A DNA stretch of 63,992 bases, filler included, from Bonamia ostreae (lineage: Eukaryota), in assembly GCA_040357525.1 (NCBI GenBank). It is 9 parts of 9 records of this genome, joined end to end, with 100 filler letters (N's around TTAATTAATTAA, not from the genome) between each part and the next. Parts side by side here need not be neighbours in the genome. Positions count along the whole stretch, not along the records: positions 44,286 to 51,441 come from JBDODL010000092.1; positions 51,542 to 58,684 come from JBDODL010000094.1; positions 58,785 to 63,992 come from JBDODL010000218.1; 6 more parts are not named here. One strand, given 5' to 3'. A program made the translations under genes and the position numbers. The notes beneath the pieces are model-generated. The model made no database searches. It was not told the origin of the DNA and saw nothing but the letters and a program-made list of their open reading frames with translations. This document shows, piece after piece, positions 49,620-61,700 of the stretch. Position 1 is the first letter of the stretch; every line of letters starts with the position of its first letter.

Positions 49620-50916
49620 ATGTCCGTAAAGCTTTTTTGCCGATTGGCAGTTTTGTTTGCGTCGATTAACAACGCATTCAAAATATCAAACGTTTCCCTC
49701 AAAAATTAACAAAAAGACACATTCTCTAAATCACCCGATTAACTCAAAGTTTGCTCTCTTAAAAAAAGTGTCAACACAAAAAATTTTGAGTACGGCGGAT
49801 CCACAGTAATCACGAGCGATTTCTTGAGACTCACAACTTTGAGCAAGGGGACGCTGGGATGGCTCAAGGCGCCGAAGCCGCTTCACTCGGATGTTGTGGA
49901 AGTGCAGTTGGAAATAAGAATTTCGGGGCCGAACAAGTTCCATGGCGGGGATGGGATAGCCATGCACTTTTTCGACGCCGAGGATAACAGTTCCTCTTTT
50001 CGGTCTCACTATCAGAAGAAAGACCTCTTCGGCGTAGACCCGTCTCGGAAAGGATTCTCGGTCGTTCTCAAAACGAACGAGAAAAATTACAACCAAATCA
50101 TTTACGTCGACGATAACATGGAACAAGATCGCGAAGACGTTTTGATCGCTAAAAACGCAGAACTCGAAAAAGGAAAATAAGAAATCCAAAAGACGCAGCT
50201 CGTGCGCTGTCAACATTCGCAACCAAGACAATTTGAAATTGATCGTTCGTTTGTTCAGAGACAACGTCTACGTCTACAAAGTTATCAAGCGACCTGGCCA
50301 CAAGAGAGGGAACACGGAGTTTTGTCTTGACGCCCATCTCTCGAGGAAATTTGACCACAAACCTGTTTTGGGGGTCAGCGCAACGACTTCCGAAAAAACA
50401 GACAACATCGACGTTTATTCGCTGCAGGTCCGGTACAAAGAGCCGAGCAGAGCACAAGGAACAGAAAACGTCGAAAAGTTTTTGGAAAGAGCGAGAAAAA
50501 ATTTTCCGCGGAAAGCTTTAAGATTACCGAAAAAGTACTTTTTTCCATAAAATTTTGTGAGCTTTAATATTCTAAAAAAGTCGGATAAAGAGAATGTTTT
50601 GGTTTGCTGCTGTGATTTCCGGAATGTTGTTGTTTCTGGAGACGGTTTGGGAATTGTCTCTTTTGCAACACGTCGTCAACGACAAAGTTTTGTAAAAACG
50701 TTTTAGCTCGTTCCAAAAGAAACTTTGAATCTAATCAATCTGGCGGTCCCTTACACCAATTACGTGATGATCGGTCTCTTCGTCTACACTTTGTTGTCGT
50801 TCAGAATTTTGATGGCGATCTTTTTGGCGCCGATTTTCGCGTTCAAAGTTTATCGACTTGTTTTTTGCAAAAAAGTAATTTCTGAAGACGAACAAAAAGA
50901 ACAAACTGAAATCTGA
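49620..50916 (+). CDS. L-type lectin, ERGIC-53/VIP36-like, copy 2
   Basis: FEYGGSTV..LRLTT..GW, GGDGIAM, LGVSATT..DNID; first two introns at the same positions as copy 1. Confidence 0.8.
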
Positions 50917-51064
50917 CGAATTTGATTATACAAAAAATTTTAATGGTTATTCGATAATGCAGTGTGCGTCTGTTGTTGCATATGCGTTTTATGTTATGCT
51001 CGCGGTTGGAAAACTCGTTTCGTTCTGAAATAAAGAGAAGACAATTTTTGAAGTCGTTTATTCT

Positions 51065-51397
51065 TCAGAAATTAAGACAATCAAAATCTTTTAGTTTTCC
51101 GCTTTCCAAGAAGAGACTTGAAATGTTTTCACCGAATTGGCATTTTTCTTGAAAAGGTAATTTTTCCGCAATGAGATCGTCAATAAGATATTTTTGAGTT
51201 GGAATTTTCTGTTCGTGAAAAGTCGCCGAAGTTGCGTGTTCGCTTTGATTTTCTGGTTCTTGTTGACTCGAAAAGTTGTAAGATTTTATATCCTTCAATT
51301 CTTTTGGATTGCAACTCAGCTTTTTATTTGCAATAATTAAGAATTGACAAATAATAAAATTTACTAAAAATGACAATAAAAAATATTTAAATGACAA
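51065..51397 (-). CDS. Small hypothetical protein with signal/TM segment
   Basis: 110-aa ORF near the contig end. Confidence 0.35.
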   Translation of the reverse strand: MSFKYFLLSFLVNFIICQFLIIANKKLSCNPKELKDIKSYNFSSQQEPENQSEHATSATFHEQKIPTQKYLIDDLIAEKLPFQEKCQFGENISSLFLESGKLKDFDCLNF

Positions 51398-51441
51398 AAT
51401 TAAAAATGAAAAAATAATTAAATTGATTAAATAAAAAATTG

Positions 51442-51541
51442 NNNNNNNNNNNNNNNNNNNNNNNNNNNNNNNNNNNNNNNNNNNNTTAATTAATTAANNN
51501 NNNNNNNNNNNNNNNNNNNNNNNNNNNNNNNNNNNNNNNNN
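51442..51541. other. Artificial contig-joining spacer
   Basis: Same linker. Confidence 0.98.
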
Positions 51542-51730
51542 CTTTACTAAAAAATGAAAAATGTTTTATTAAAAAACGAAAAAACATTAAAAAATTATTT
51601 TATTAAAGATGAAAAAAAATATTTATTAAAAAGAATATTTTATTAAAAAAGACGAAAAAACTTTACTAAAAAATGAAAAATGTTTTATTAAAAAACGAAA
51701 AAACATTAAAAAATTTTTATTAAAAATGAA
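51542..51730. repeat. A-rich ~119-bp tandem duplication
   Basis: CTTTACTAAAAAATGAAAAATGTTTTATT at 51542 and 51661. Confidence 0.7.
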
Positions 51731-51907
51731 AAATATTTTATCAAAAAAAAGACGAAAAAACTTTAAAAAAAGAGGAAAAAACTTTATTAAAAACGAATAA
51801 AAATTTGTTAAAAAATCGAAAAAATATTCGAAAAAAAAGAAAAAGACCAACTTTGCGCTTCAGAAATCGCAGAAATAATAATAAGAAACTCGTTTGAACA
51901 GGAAAAG

Positions 51908-52690
51908 GTGTCTTTGCCAGACAAAAATTACATGCGCTCCGTCCAAACCGATCTGGCGCCGGAAATGAGAACGGTTTTGATCGATTGGCTCTTAGAAGTC
52001 CAACAAAACTTCAAATTGAAGCTCGAAACGGCTTTTTTGGCCATCAACTTTCTCGACCGATTTCTGTCGTCGTTCACTTTGAGCAGGCGCAACCTGCAGT
52101 TGACGGGCTGCGCCGCGTTGTTCCTCGCGTCGAAGATCGAAGAAGTGTCGCCGCCGCTGTTGCGCAATTTCGTCTTCGTCTGCGGCGGCGCCGGCGACAC
52201 GGACGACATGTTGCGAATGGAAGAACTGATCTCGAAAAAACTGGATTGGCACTTCATCGTCCCGACCAGTCTCTTCTTCTGCGAACGGTTTCTGCGGGTG
52301 GTCGGGTTCAAACTTGCCCCGAAACAATGTTCCGAAGGCAATTTTTCAAAGGAAAATTTGGATCCGGATTTTGTTGCTGAGGATTTATTAAAAGCGCGGA
52401 ATTGCGCGCTGTTTTTGCTGGAATTGGCTTTGCTCGATTACCGCTTCGTGGGCGTCGAGCCGAGCAGAGTGGCGGCGGCGGCGACCTTTTTCGCGCTGAA
52501 AGTCTATTCTTCGGAGACGGACACAGTTCCGCTTTACATGTTTAGCGGATGGGCTGAAGACGATTTGGTCGACTGTCTCAGCGGGTTTCGGGGGATTCTG
52601 GAGAAAGGAAGAGCAGAGAATAGTGTTTTTAGAAAATATGAGAAACTACTGGATTTGAAGGAGCTAATGGCCATAGGACTTAAATTTTAA
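51908..52690 (+). CDS. A/B-type cyclin (cyclin box; 5' end unresolved)
   Basis: MRTVLIDWLLEV, ETAFLAINFLDRFL, LQLTGCAALFLASKIEE, PSRVAAAA. Confidence 0.93.
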   Translation: MSLPDKNYMRSVQTDLAPEMRTVLIDWLLEVQQNFKLKLETAFLAINFLDRFLSSFTLSRRNLQLTGCAALFLASKIEEVSPPLLRNFVFVCGGAGDTDDMLRMEELISKKLDWHFIVPTSLFFCERFLRVVGFKLAPKQCSEGNFSKENLDPDFVAEDLLKARNCALFLLELALLDYRFVGVEPSRVAAAATFFALKVYSSETDTVPLYMFSGWAEDDLVDCLSGFRGILEKGRAENSVFRKYEKLLDLKELMAIGLKF

Positions 52691-53022
52691 TTTTGTGAGC
52701 TTTTGATATTATATTGCTAACTGTTATATTATGATTCGATATATTGCGATGTCATGTTATTTTAAATTTTTGCGAAAAAATCATCTTCTGAGTTGTTACT
52801 TTAGATGAAGCTGTTTAGAGTGCTTTAGTCTTCAGCAAATAAAAGAAGAAAAAGTGGCAAGTCGATTTAATATTGATATAGGAACTTTTGTGTTTCGGTT
52901 TCTTCTTCTTCTTCAACTGTTTCTATCCTATTAATATTAGCTTTTCCTTCATTATCACATGAATCTCGGTAATTTAGACTTAGAATTTGAGGTGGACCGA
53001 GGAGATCTTCTACAGCTTTTTT

Positions 53023-53182
53023 AAAGGAATTGATGGATTCAAAAATTAGATTAGATTGATAAAAGTAAACCTTTTTTATTTGAATCCATTTGCTTGAATA
53101 TATATATTTTTAAGTTGCAAACCAGTACGCGTCTGTATTCAACTTATCTAAAGATTTTAAAAATATGAATTGTTGTGTTTTT
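53023..53182. repeat. ~160-bp duplicated segment, copy 1
   Basis: Near-identical to 54333-54494. Confidence 0.9.
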
Positions 53183-54332
53183 CCGAGTATTTGTTAAGCA
53201 AAGTTGATATTAAAATTATCCGGAAACAAAAAAAAGAAAACAATTTTAGCAATATTTCCAACAGAGAATTATATAAACATTAGAAAATTTACAAATTTTT
53301 AACAGAATATTTTTTATGGAAAACATTTTTATTGCTAAACAGTAAATTTGTTCTGTACGCGAGGGGATATAAAATCATTTGAAGTCAAACATTTGCAGAA
53401 AATGCATCTTGGCTAGAAGCAACTAAAGCGATACATTGAAAACCGTAGCAGCCGGTTTATCCCGATGCGGTTGGAAACAGCCCTACATGTGGCACCGTTT
53501 GGATTACTCTGAACACGAAAGCTTCTCTGCAGTCGAGGAAAATTGAAAGTACAAAATCCCGACTTGCAAAGTTGATGACACGTCGAACCACGCAAAATTC
53601 GCCTGTTTAAAATTCGAGGTCGAGAGACGTCGAGTTCTCGGTAAACCAAAGTTGAAGAAAAATATATCACTCGATATTGCATGAGGACACTCTAAAGGGC
53701 GACAACAATGGTCGGCGTCTGGTCGAAAATGACCAGGCAGAGAAGCAACGTGCTTAAATGTCAAATGACCGCTTAAGCAATGCTTATTAATAAATCTTGT
53801 TCCGTCAAAAAATATGATGCAAGATGCAAAATGGAATGGAATTTGGAACATTATGCGATTTTTCGTGTATACAAGGAAAGCGACAAAACAAAATGGACAA
53901 GTCGATTTAATATTGATACAGAAACTGCTGGGTTTCAAAATTATCTAAGTTAATGATCGTTTTTGTACCATGACTGTTTCTAACATCCTCGAGTCTTTCT
54001 TCAGCCATTTCTTCATTAATTAATTCTTCCTTTATTTCAATTTTTTTGTATTTGTCTTCATCACCTACAACTTCATTGCCGATCTTCGAAACTTTATCAT
54101 CTTTCGTATTATCGTCGGTACCATTTACTTTTTTTCGGTAGTTTTTTTCTGTACCATGACTGTTTCTAACAATTTCGAGTGTTTCTTCAACCATTTCTCC
54201 ATTAATTAATTCTTTCTTTCTTTCAATTTTTTTGTATTCGATTTCATCACCAACACCTTTATCTTCGACTTTAAATACTTCATAATCTCCCGATTCATCG
54301 AAAACATTTTCTGCATTTTCTAGTTTTTTTAA

Positions 54333-54494
54333 AAAGGATTTGATGGATTTAAAAATTAGATTAGATTGATAAAAGTAAACCTTTTTTATTTGAATCCATT
54401 TGCTTGAATATATATATATTTTTAAGTTGCAAACCAGTACGCGTCTGTATTCAACTTATCGAAAGATTTTAAAAATATGAATTGTTGTGTTTTT
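54333..54494. repeat. ~160-bp duplicated segment, copy 2
   Basis: Near-identical to 53023-53182. Confidence 0.9.
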
Positions 54495-55213
54495 CTGAAT
54501 TATGGTTTTGAAATATTTATATAACGAATAAACTACAAAAAATAAAAAGAATAATCTTCTTTGGCAATATATTTTCTAATCAAGTAAAAATATTCTGCTT
54601 TATTAAAATGCCTTTCAGCCAAACATAATTTTTCCCATTTTTTTAATTTCCAAAACAATTTCTTTTTTCGGGAGGGGCTTTATCTTCGTTTAAAAGGAGT
54701 TTCTAACTACATTTTTTCGGTGTCTCAAGTTGACGGGAGTGCTAATCTCATCCCTTTTTACCTTATTTATCATACTTCTCTTTATCCGTGGGTGGTGTAG
54801 ATGCTAATTTGTTTTTATATATTCCAAGTTATCATCTTTGTCTATGTCGTTAGTTGATGGGAGGAGATTAGCATGTATATGCCTATCATAGTTATATCCA
54901 TAGTTATATACTTCTGTATTGAAATCACATAGCAGGGATAACATTTAATTTCGCTTGGTGATATTATTTTAGTACTTATCTTTTATAAGTAAAAAATTTG
55001 TATTTTTCTTTCCTAGATTTTTCTCTATGACTTTCCACTGTTCAAAGAAAATTTTGTCAATATCTCTTTTATTTATCCTTCTAATAGTTGCAATACTGAG
55101 ACCGAACTATTTAACGGTTCTACATATTTTCCTTAGAAACCTTTATAAGGTTCCTGTTTCCTCTTTTTACAAAATACATCCCTCAAATATCCTTCAAATA
55201 TTCAAAATATTCT

Positions 55214-55445
55214 TTATCGAACGTTAAAAATGAGTGGACTAACAAGAGAAACTTGTGGTACTCCTTTTTTAAATTCATGCCAATTCGTTGATCCGCCTTT
55301 GAATGTTACTTTATTATATCTCTTTCCCAGAAAATATCTTAACTGGTTGTAAAATTTGCCGAAAACTCCTCTTCTATCTAACATTTTCATTAATTTGTTT
55401 CTATTCACACAATTGTATGCTTTTTTGACATCCAAGAAAACCTGC
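55214..55445 (-). mobile_element. Degenerate non-LTR retrotransposon reverse-transcriptase fragment
   Basis: FLDVKKAYNCV (LDxxKAFD) and GVPQVSLVSPLIFN (GVPQGSxLSPxLFN); stop before any YADD motif. Confidence 0.8.
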
Positions 55446-56521
55446 TACAAAATATTTTAAACCTTGTTGAAATATTTTAACAATAAGGTAACTATCGAAT
55501 TATCGCCATACTTAATCATAAATGGCTGTATTCAATCAACGCCCGTATATTTTGTCAGATTTAAAAATCTTAATGATTGAGGTAGTTTCTAGAATGATTG
55601 GTGCACTCAGTATTTTGAATCTATCAGTTTTATTCCTCCCATTCCTCATTTCTATTTGATACAATATTTTGTCCTGAGATCTTAATTTAGAAAGGTATTC
55701 GACTATTTTTTCATGTCTTGTTTTCATCTAATATAGGTTTCATCAATTCCTATTTTATCTGAATTTTCTTTTCGAAACCTGTTTTTGGCCATTTTAATAC
55801 CTTTTCTAGATTTCTATATCTTGATTTCTTTGCGATTTTCTTCTAAGTTTCAGCCTTTTTTTAATTTATCCTTTCGGTCGATTTTTGAAGAGATTATGTA
55901 AGCCGCGATTCTTCTTCATGAGCTATTTTTACGATTACTCTGCTTTTCTGTATTTTTTACGATTTACTTTGGAGATGTTCAATTTAACCTATTTGAACGC
56001 ATTGTTGAATTTTTGGAGCTTTTTCTTCGAAACTATGTTACGAAAATAGATGTTGAATAAAATAGGGTGAGAGTGCTATCTTATTAAAATTATCTTTAGT
56101 TTATGAATCTGAAAAGAAAGATATTGCAATATCGCTAAAAACCATTCTAATTAGAAAGGATCTTGAAACGCCATTTTAATTAGAACGTTTTGAACTTTCG
56201 TTCTAAGAATATTTCTAGAAATTATTGATAAAAAATGTTTTGAAAAGAGACGAATTTTCGACCAAAAAACATTCTGCCACGCAATTATACAGAACTTTGA
56301 TGAGAATTTACATTAAAAATCTCTACAATAAAAGAACATAAAACAGTCATTTCCAAAAAAAAACAAAAAACAAAAAAAGGGCTAAAAACGAACACATCCC
56401 ATACCACCCCAAAAACCAGCCATTCTGGTTGTTCACACCATCGCTCATCAAAAAAAGCTAAAAGCTAAAAGCACAAATACACCACAAACCATTAAAAGCC
56501 AATTAAGAATAGGTTAACTTA

Positions 56522-57470
56522 ATGGCGCTTCCCCGCGAAAACCACAAAACATCCTACATGCGCCGCTTCGTCGTCAAATACAAAAGAAGGAGACAGTGCA
56601 AAACGAACTACAGAAAGCGCGCCCGCCTCGTGGCACAGTACAAAAACAAGTACGAGACGAACAAATACCGTCTGGTCGTCCGGAAAACGAACAGAGACAT
56701 CATTTGCCAAATCACCTCGTCCGACCTTTCAGGCGACAAGTGCCTCGTTTCCGCTTATTCGCACGAACTCAAACGGTACGGCGTCCCCTGCGGACTCAAG
56801 AATTATCCCGCCGCCTATTGCACCGGAATGCTGCTGGCCAAGCGGCTTTACGCCAAGCTCAAAAAGGAGGTCGAAAGTGTCGCCGAAGTCAACGGTGAGT
56901 TCTATCTCGACGACGAGTCCGGCGCGTTCAGAGCGTTCCTAGACACCGGTCTCGCGCGGTGCTCGACCGGCGCCAATATCTTCGGCGTCCTGAAAGGGGC
57001 CGTAGACGGTGGCCTGAACGTGCCTCACAACACGAGGCGGTTTCCGGGATCGACTTTCGAGAAGAACGACGACGGCGTGAAGCAGTGGGAATACGAACCC
57101 GAAGCGCACCGCGACAGAATTTTCGGAGTGCACATCGCGGAATATATGCGAAAGCTGGAGGGAGACGATCCCGAGAAATACAAAAAGCAGTTCGGGTTGT
57201 TCATAAAAGTTTTGAATGACATTGTAGAACAAAATCGGGGCGGACGATATCGAGCAGATGTACCGGAAGGCGCACGACAAAATCAGAGCGAATCCTTATG
57301 TTCAGAGAGACAGCAAAGAACTGGGCTATTTCAAAGCGAACAGGAACAAGCCCAGAAAATCGGCGGAACAACATAATAAAACGAGAAAAAGCTTCCGAAT
57401 TAAAAAACTGACGGGGAAAGAAAAAAAGCAGAATGCGCTAGAAAAGCTTGCAGCAGTTGAAAATAAATAA
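56522..57470 (+). CDS. RPL5: 60S ribosomal protein L5 (uL18)
   Basis: KYRLVVR, AYSHEL, NYPAAYCTG, GAVDGGLNVPH; a 19-nt intron at 57209-57227 restores the frame to the MYRKAH tail. Confidence 0.97.
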
Positions 57471-57514
57471 TAATGCGGATTGTGATGCAAACTTCTTTAA
57501 AAATATAAAAATCG

Positions 57515-57862
57515 TCAAAATTTGAACAAAATAAAAATTTGAACAAAATTAGAACAAATCAAAAATGATCAAAATTTGCACAAAATTAAAATTGTCTAAA
57601 TTTGAACAAAATAAAAATGATAAATATATGAACAAAATTAAAATGGTCAAAATTTGAACAAATCAAAAATGATAAAAATATGAACAAAATTAAAATGGTT
57701 AAAATTTGAACAGTTCAAAAATGATAAAAATATGAACAAAATTAAAATGGTCAAAATTTGAACAAATCAAAAATGATAAAAATTTGAACAAAATAAAAAT
57801 GACCAAAATTAGAACAAATCAAAAATGATCAAAATTTGAACAATATTAAAATGGTCAAAATT
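57515..57862. repeat. 26-bp satellite (AAAATTTGAACAAAATTAAAATGGTC-like)
   Basis: GAACAA recurs every ~26 nt, about 13 copies. Confidence 0.9.
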
Positions 57863-57960
57863 TGATTATCCATTTTGAAATTAATTCTATAATTTTTAAA
57901 ATTTATTTTTACTGTTTGGAAATTAAAATAATTAAATTAATTTTGAAAACTATATTTTCA

Positions 57961-58266
57961 ATGGAATTAACTCTTTTATTGCATTTCCTGAAAATTGAAA
58001 TTGCTGTCTTACTTTTTTTACAGCTTTTATTATTTGTAATCTCGATTCACTCAGTTGCAAAAATTCGACAGAGAATAAAAACCAACAAAAAAATTGCAAC
58101 AAAAGATATTGAAAATCATAGAAACATTAAAATATCTAACGATATTGAAGTGAATAGCAAAGATGGCTCAAATCAATTTGATTTCTTCGAGGAAATCCAA
58201 AAGACAAATTTGGGGTATGTTAGCAACAAGTATTATGAGGATTTATACGTTGAATCGGAAGATTAA
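57961..58266 (+). CDS. Small single-TM hypothetical protein embedded in the satellite
   Basis: ATG at 57961; hydrophobic IAVLLFLQLLLFVISI then a basic stretch; acidic Tyr-containing tail. Confidence 0.5.
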   Translation: MELTLLLHFLKIEIAVLLFLQLLLFVISIHSVAKIRQRIKTNKKIATKDIENHRNIKISNDIEVNSKDGSNQFDFFEEIQKTNLGYVSNKYYEDLYVESED

Positions 58267-58327
58267 ATAAAAACGTAAAAACAGTTATTTTCAAAGGAAT
58301 ATTAAAAAAATTATACAATTTAGCGCT

Positions 58328-58450
58328 CAAAATTAGAACAAAATAAAAATGACCAACATTATAACAAAATAAAAATGGTCAAAATTTGAACTAATCAAAA
58401 ATGACTAAAATTAGAACAAAATAAAAATGACTAAAATTAGAACAAAATAA
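58328..58450. repeat. Resumption of the 26-bp satellite
   Basis: About 5 copies of the same unit as 57515-57862. Confidence 0.85.
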
Positions 58451-58564
58451 TGGTAAACTTAAATTATTATTGATATTTGACTGTTCCAAAGTTTTCGATG
58501 TTCTGTCTGTGAACATCGTGATAACACTCGGGTTGATAGTAAAATTTTGGGATAAATTGTCTGG

Positions 58565-58684
58565 TAGAGGTTAAATGACTCCGCGGAAACCATGAATTAA
58601 ATCGAATAGTGTTTTATCAGCAAACACTACAATACCAGATATGTCCATCGATTTTACCTCTATATTTGTTGAAGGACATTGGCA
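58565..58684 (-). mobile_element. Relic of a Merlin/IS1595-like transposase N-terminus
   Basis: Translates to KIDGHIWYCSVC**NTIRFNSWFPRSHLT, like the DGxxWxCxxC..SIRxxSxFxxSHL pattern. Confidence 0.5.
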
Positions 58685-58784
58685 NNNNNNNNNNNNNNNN
58701 NNNNNNNNNNNNNNNNNNNNNNNNNNNNTTAATTAATTAANNNNNNNNNNNNNNNNNNNNNNNNNNNNNNNNNNNNNNNNNNNN
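58685..58784. other. Artificial contig-joining spacer
   Basis: Same linker. Confidence 0.98.
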
Positions 58785-61700
58785 CGATTCTGGACTGAAT
58801 GGACAATATCTAAATTCGATCATGTGCAATTTGATTTCTGCTTATTCTGATAATCCCAAACGCTTTCCAAACGAAGAAAAATTTAGAGCGCTCAATATTC
58901 TTTTGATGGCGCATTTAGTTATTTAAATTATTCACTTTCGTTACGATTTTTCAAAATTTTTTGTTTTTCATAAATTTTGTTTAGTGGAATTCGTCTGAAT
59001 TCAAAGAATTTCCTTCCGAATTGAAGGAATCGAAGCACATCCAATTGGCGACGGGAATTTTTAACTCGATAAAGAAGAAAGATCCGATAAAATTTTTCAG
59101 ACTTTTAAAGAAAAAATGTGGATTCTTTGAAGCTTGTGCAATGCATCAATACATTCCGCTAATGAGATTTTATTTATTGAGGAAAATGGTCAAAACTAAG
59201 AATTGCAGTGTTGAAGAGTTTAAAGATGTCGGATTTTTCGGTTCAATTGTTTTATAAAAATTGCTCTTTCGATTTAATTTTTTTGTAAAAATTGCTTTTT
59301 CGATTTAATTTTTTATTAAATTTAATTAAACTGCTTTTTCGATTTAATTACCAAAAAGGACGAAACAATAAATTTTGTTAACGAAAACAACGTTTCAGTA
59401 ATAGGAAACCAAATTTTAAAAAATGATTTTGTCTCAAACAACAAAAAATACGAATTAAGACCAAAACCAAATAAATTCTGGACAAACACGCAAAAAACAC
59501 AATTTCTTGATTTCTTTATATCAAAATTTTCGCTTAGTCAAATTATCTTCTCTTCCGGTAAAATTTAGATATTTATCTGTAAATACAAAATTTAATCAAA
59601 AGCTAAATTTTACTAAAATATTTTTTGAAAAAATAGACAAATGCAATACGGAAAATGAATTTTTCGCTTTTATAAAAGAACCTACGCCGTTTAAGGAATC
59701 ACAAAATTTCAAACTTTTGCCAAATTTGACTAAATTTAACGAAAAAGATTATATTGAAAATTTGGATGACGAAAAAGACTTTTTGTCTAAATTTAATGAA
59801 AATAAGAAAATCCGAAAAACTGAAATTTCTAAAAATTTGAAGATAACAAACAGAAAACGAAAAAATGAATTTGACGTTTTGTCAAATGTGAAAAAATTTT
59901 CTGCTGACAATATTTTAAATGAAAAAAGCGAAAATCTCAAATTAAAATTTAGCAACAAAAAAATCGATAATAAAGTCAAATCACAAGACTTTATTCAAAA
60001 AGCTAAAATTTTCACAAAATTTAGCAATTTTGTATACAAAAATGACGAAAATTTTAATAAAAACAACAATAATTTGAATGATATTGGTGACAAATTAAAT
60101 AAAAACGACGAGAAAATAAATGAAAATGGCGTAAAAAATACTGAAACAAAGAAATATTTAAAAATTAAAAAAACTAAATTTTATGAAAACGTCAAAATTT
60201 TGCGAAAAAACAGAACAAAATTTTATTCGAAAATTTTGAAATTTTGCAAAAACAACAAAAAATTTGTCAATGAAAATGGCGGATTGTTTTTAAAAGAGAA
60301 ATTTGGTGTTTTGTTTTGCGGACGAAGAAATTTATCGAATAAGAGAATTGGCAAAATTTGTCGATATTTTTTGACTGAAAATTCTTTTTTAATTGTTTTT
60401 TTTTCAAAATATTTTAGTTTTTATAAAATTTTCTTTTTAATTTTTTTAATAAATTTTTATAAAATTTAGTCATCAAACGAAGAAAATAGCCAAAATAGAA
60501 ATGATCATAATTTTGCAATGTCGATAAAATTCGACCACGACAATTATAACCAGAATTTGATTGTCTTCTCTCCCTTAATCAGAACTGTTTTTATCAAATT
60601 TTAATCAAATTTAAATAAAAAGAAAAAAAGAATAAAAAGATTAATCGAATCAATTTTTGACCGATTTGACAAAAACCAATATCAATCTTTAATAAGAATT
60701 CATATCATCATTTGTCTAAACACAAAAATAGTTTTGTCTAAATTTTAAAATCTGTTTTGCTAAATCTTAAATAATTATAAAAAAGAAAAAAATCGACAAA
60801 AAGAAAATAAGACTAAAATTATTAAAATTTAGCCAAAAAATTTCAATTGGCTTTCTCGATATTTCAAATTTCAACTTTATAGAACAATTTCATTTGAGCT
60901 TATTTAAAAGTTTGAAACCGATTTTCAGAAAAAAATTTTCTTCCGAAAATGATTTTTTGGTTTTTACTGTGAAAAACATAATTCTATAAAACATTTTCGT
61001 TCATAAAACTAAATCCAATTAAACTAAAATTTAGACAACACAACAAAAAATTGCGAAAAATTTGATAAAACTGCAAATTTTGAACTTGAACAACAAAGTC
61101 AAAAATCTTTTCAATTCTGAAAAAACACAAAATTTTGAAAATTTGGCAAAAACGTTTAACCAATCTCTTGCGGAAACACTGCGGAAAACAAATATTTTTT
61201 TAGCGAAACCAAAATATTTTCATTTTAAAGCAAAAATGAACCAAAATTTTGTTTTCGTAAATCGAAAAAGCGCTAAAATGGCAAAATTTTATTTGGCCAA
61301 TTTTTTTCTTTCCAAAATTGATTATTTTGATTTGAAAAAGTTGTTACAAATTTTGGAAAAAGCGATCATTCCATTTCGATTGAACGGAAATTTTCAAAAA
61401 ATCGATTTGATTTTTATGTTAGAATTGGCTGATAGATTTTTGCTGCAAATTTGTTAAAATTTAGCTTTTTATAATTAAGTAAAAATGACAATAAATTTTG
61501 TAATATCGAATTTTTAAGATCCGAATAAAAACATGAAAAATTTTTTATATAAAAAATTGAGAGAAAAACTTAAAACGATTTTTTTGATGGACGATTTGAA
61601 ATTATTTATTTACTTTTTCAAATTTGCGAGGAAAGAAAAAATTGATTTTAGTGATCAAATTGATGTTTAGATTTTAAACTTTTATATTTTTAAAAATTAG

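Noticed and set aside
7423-58784. Regularly spaced TTAATTAATTAA palindromes as a biological repeat or chromosome-breakage signal
   Set aside because: Always centred in N runs of fixed length, with contig sizes falling monotonically; this is an assembly linker, so gene neighbourhoods across it are meaningless
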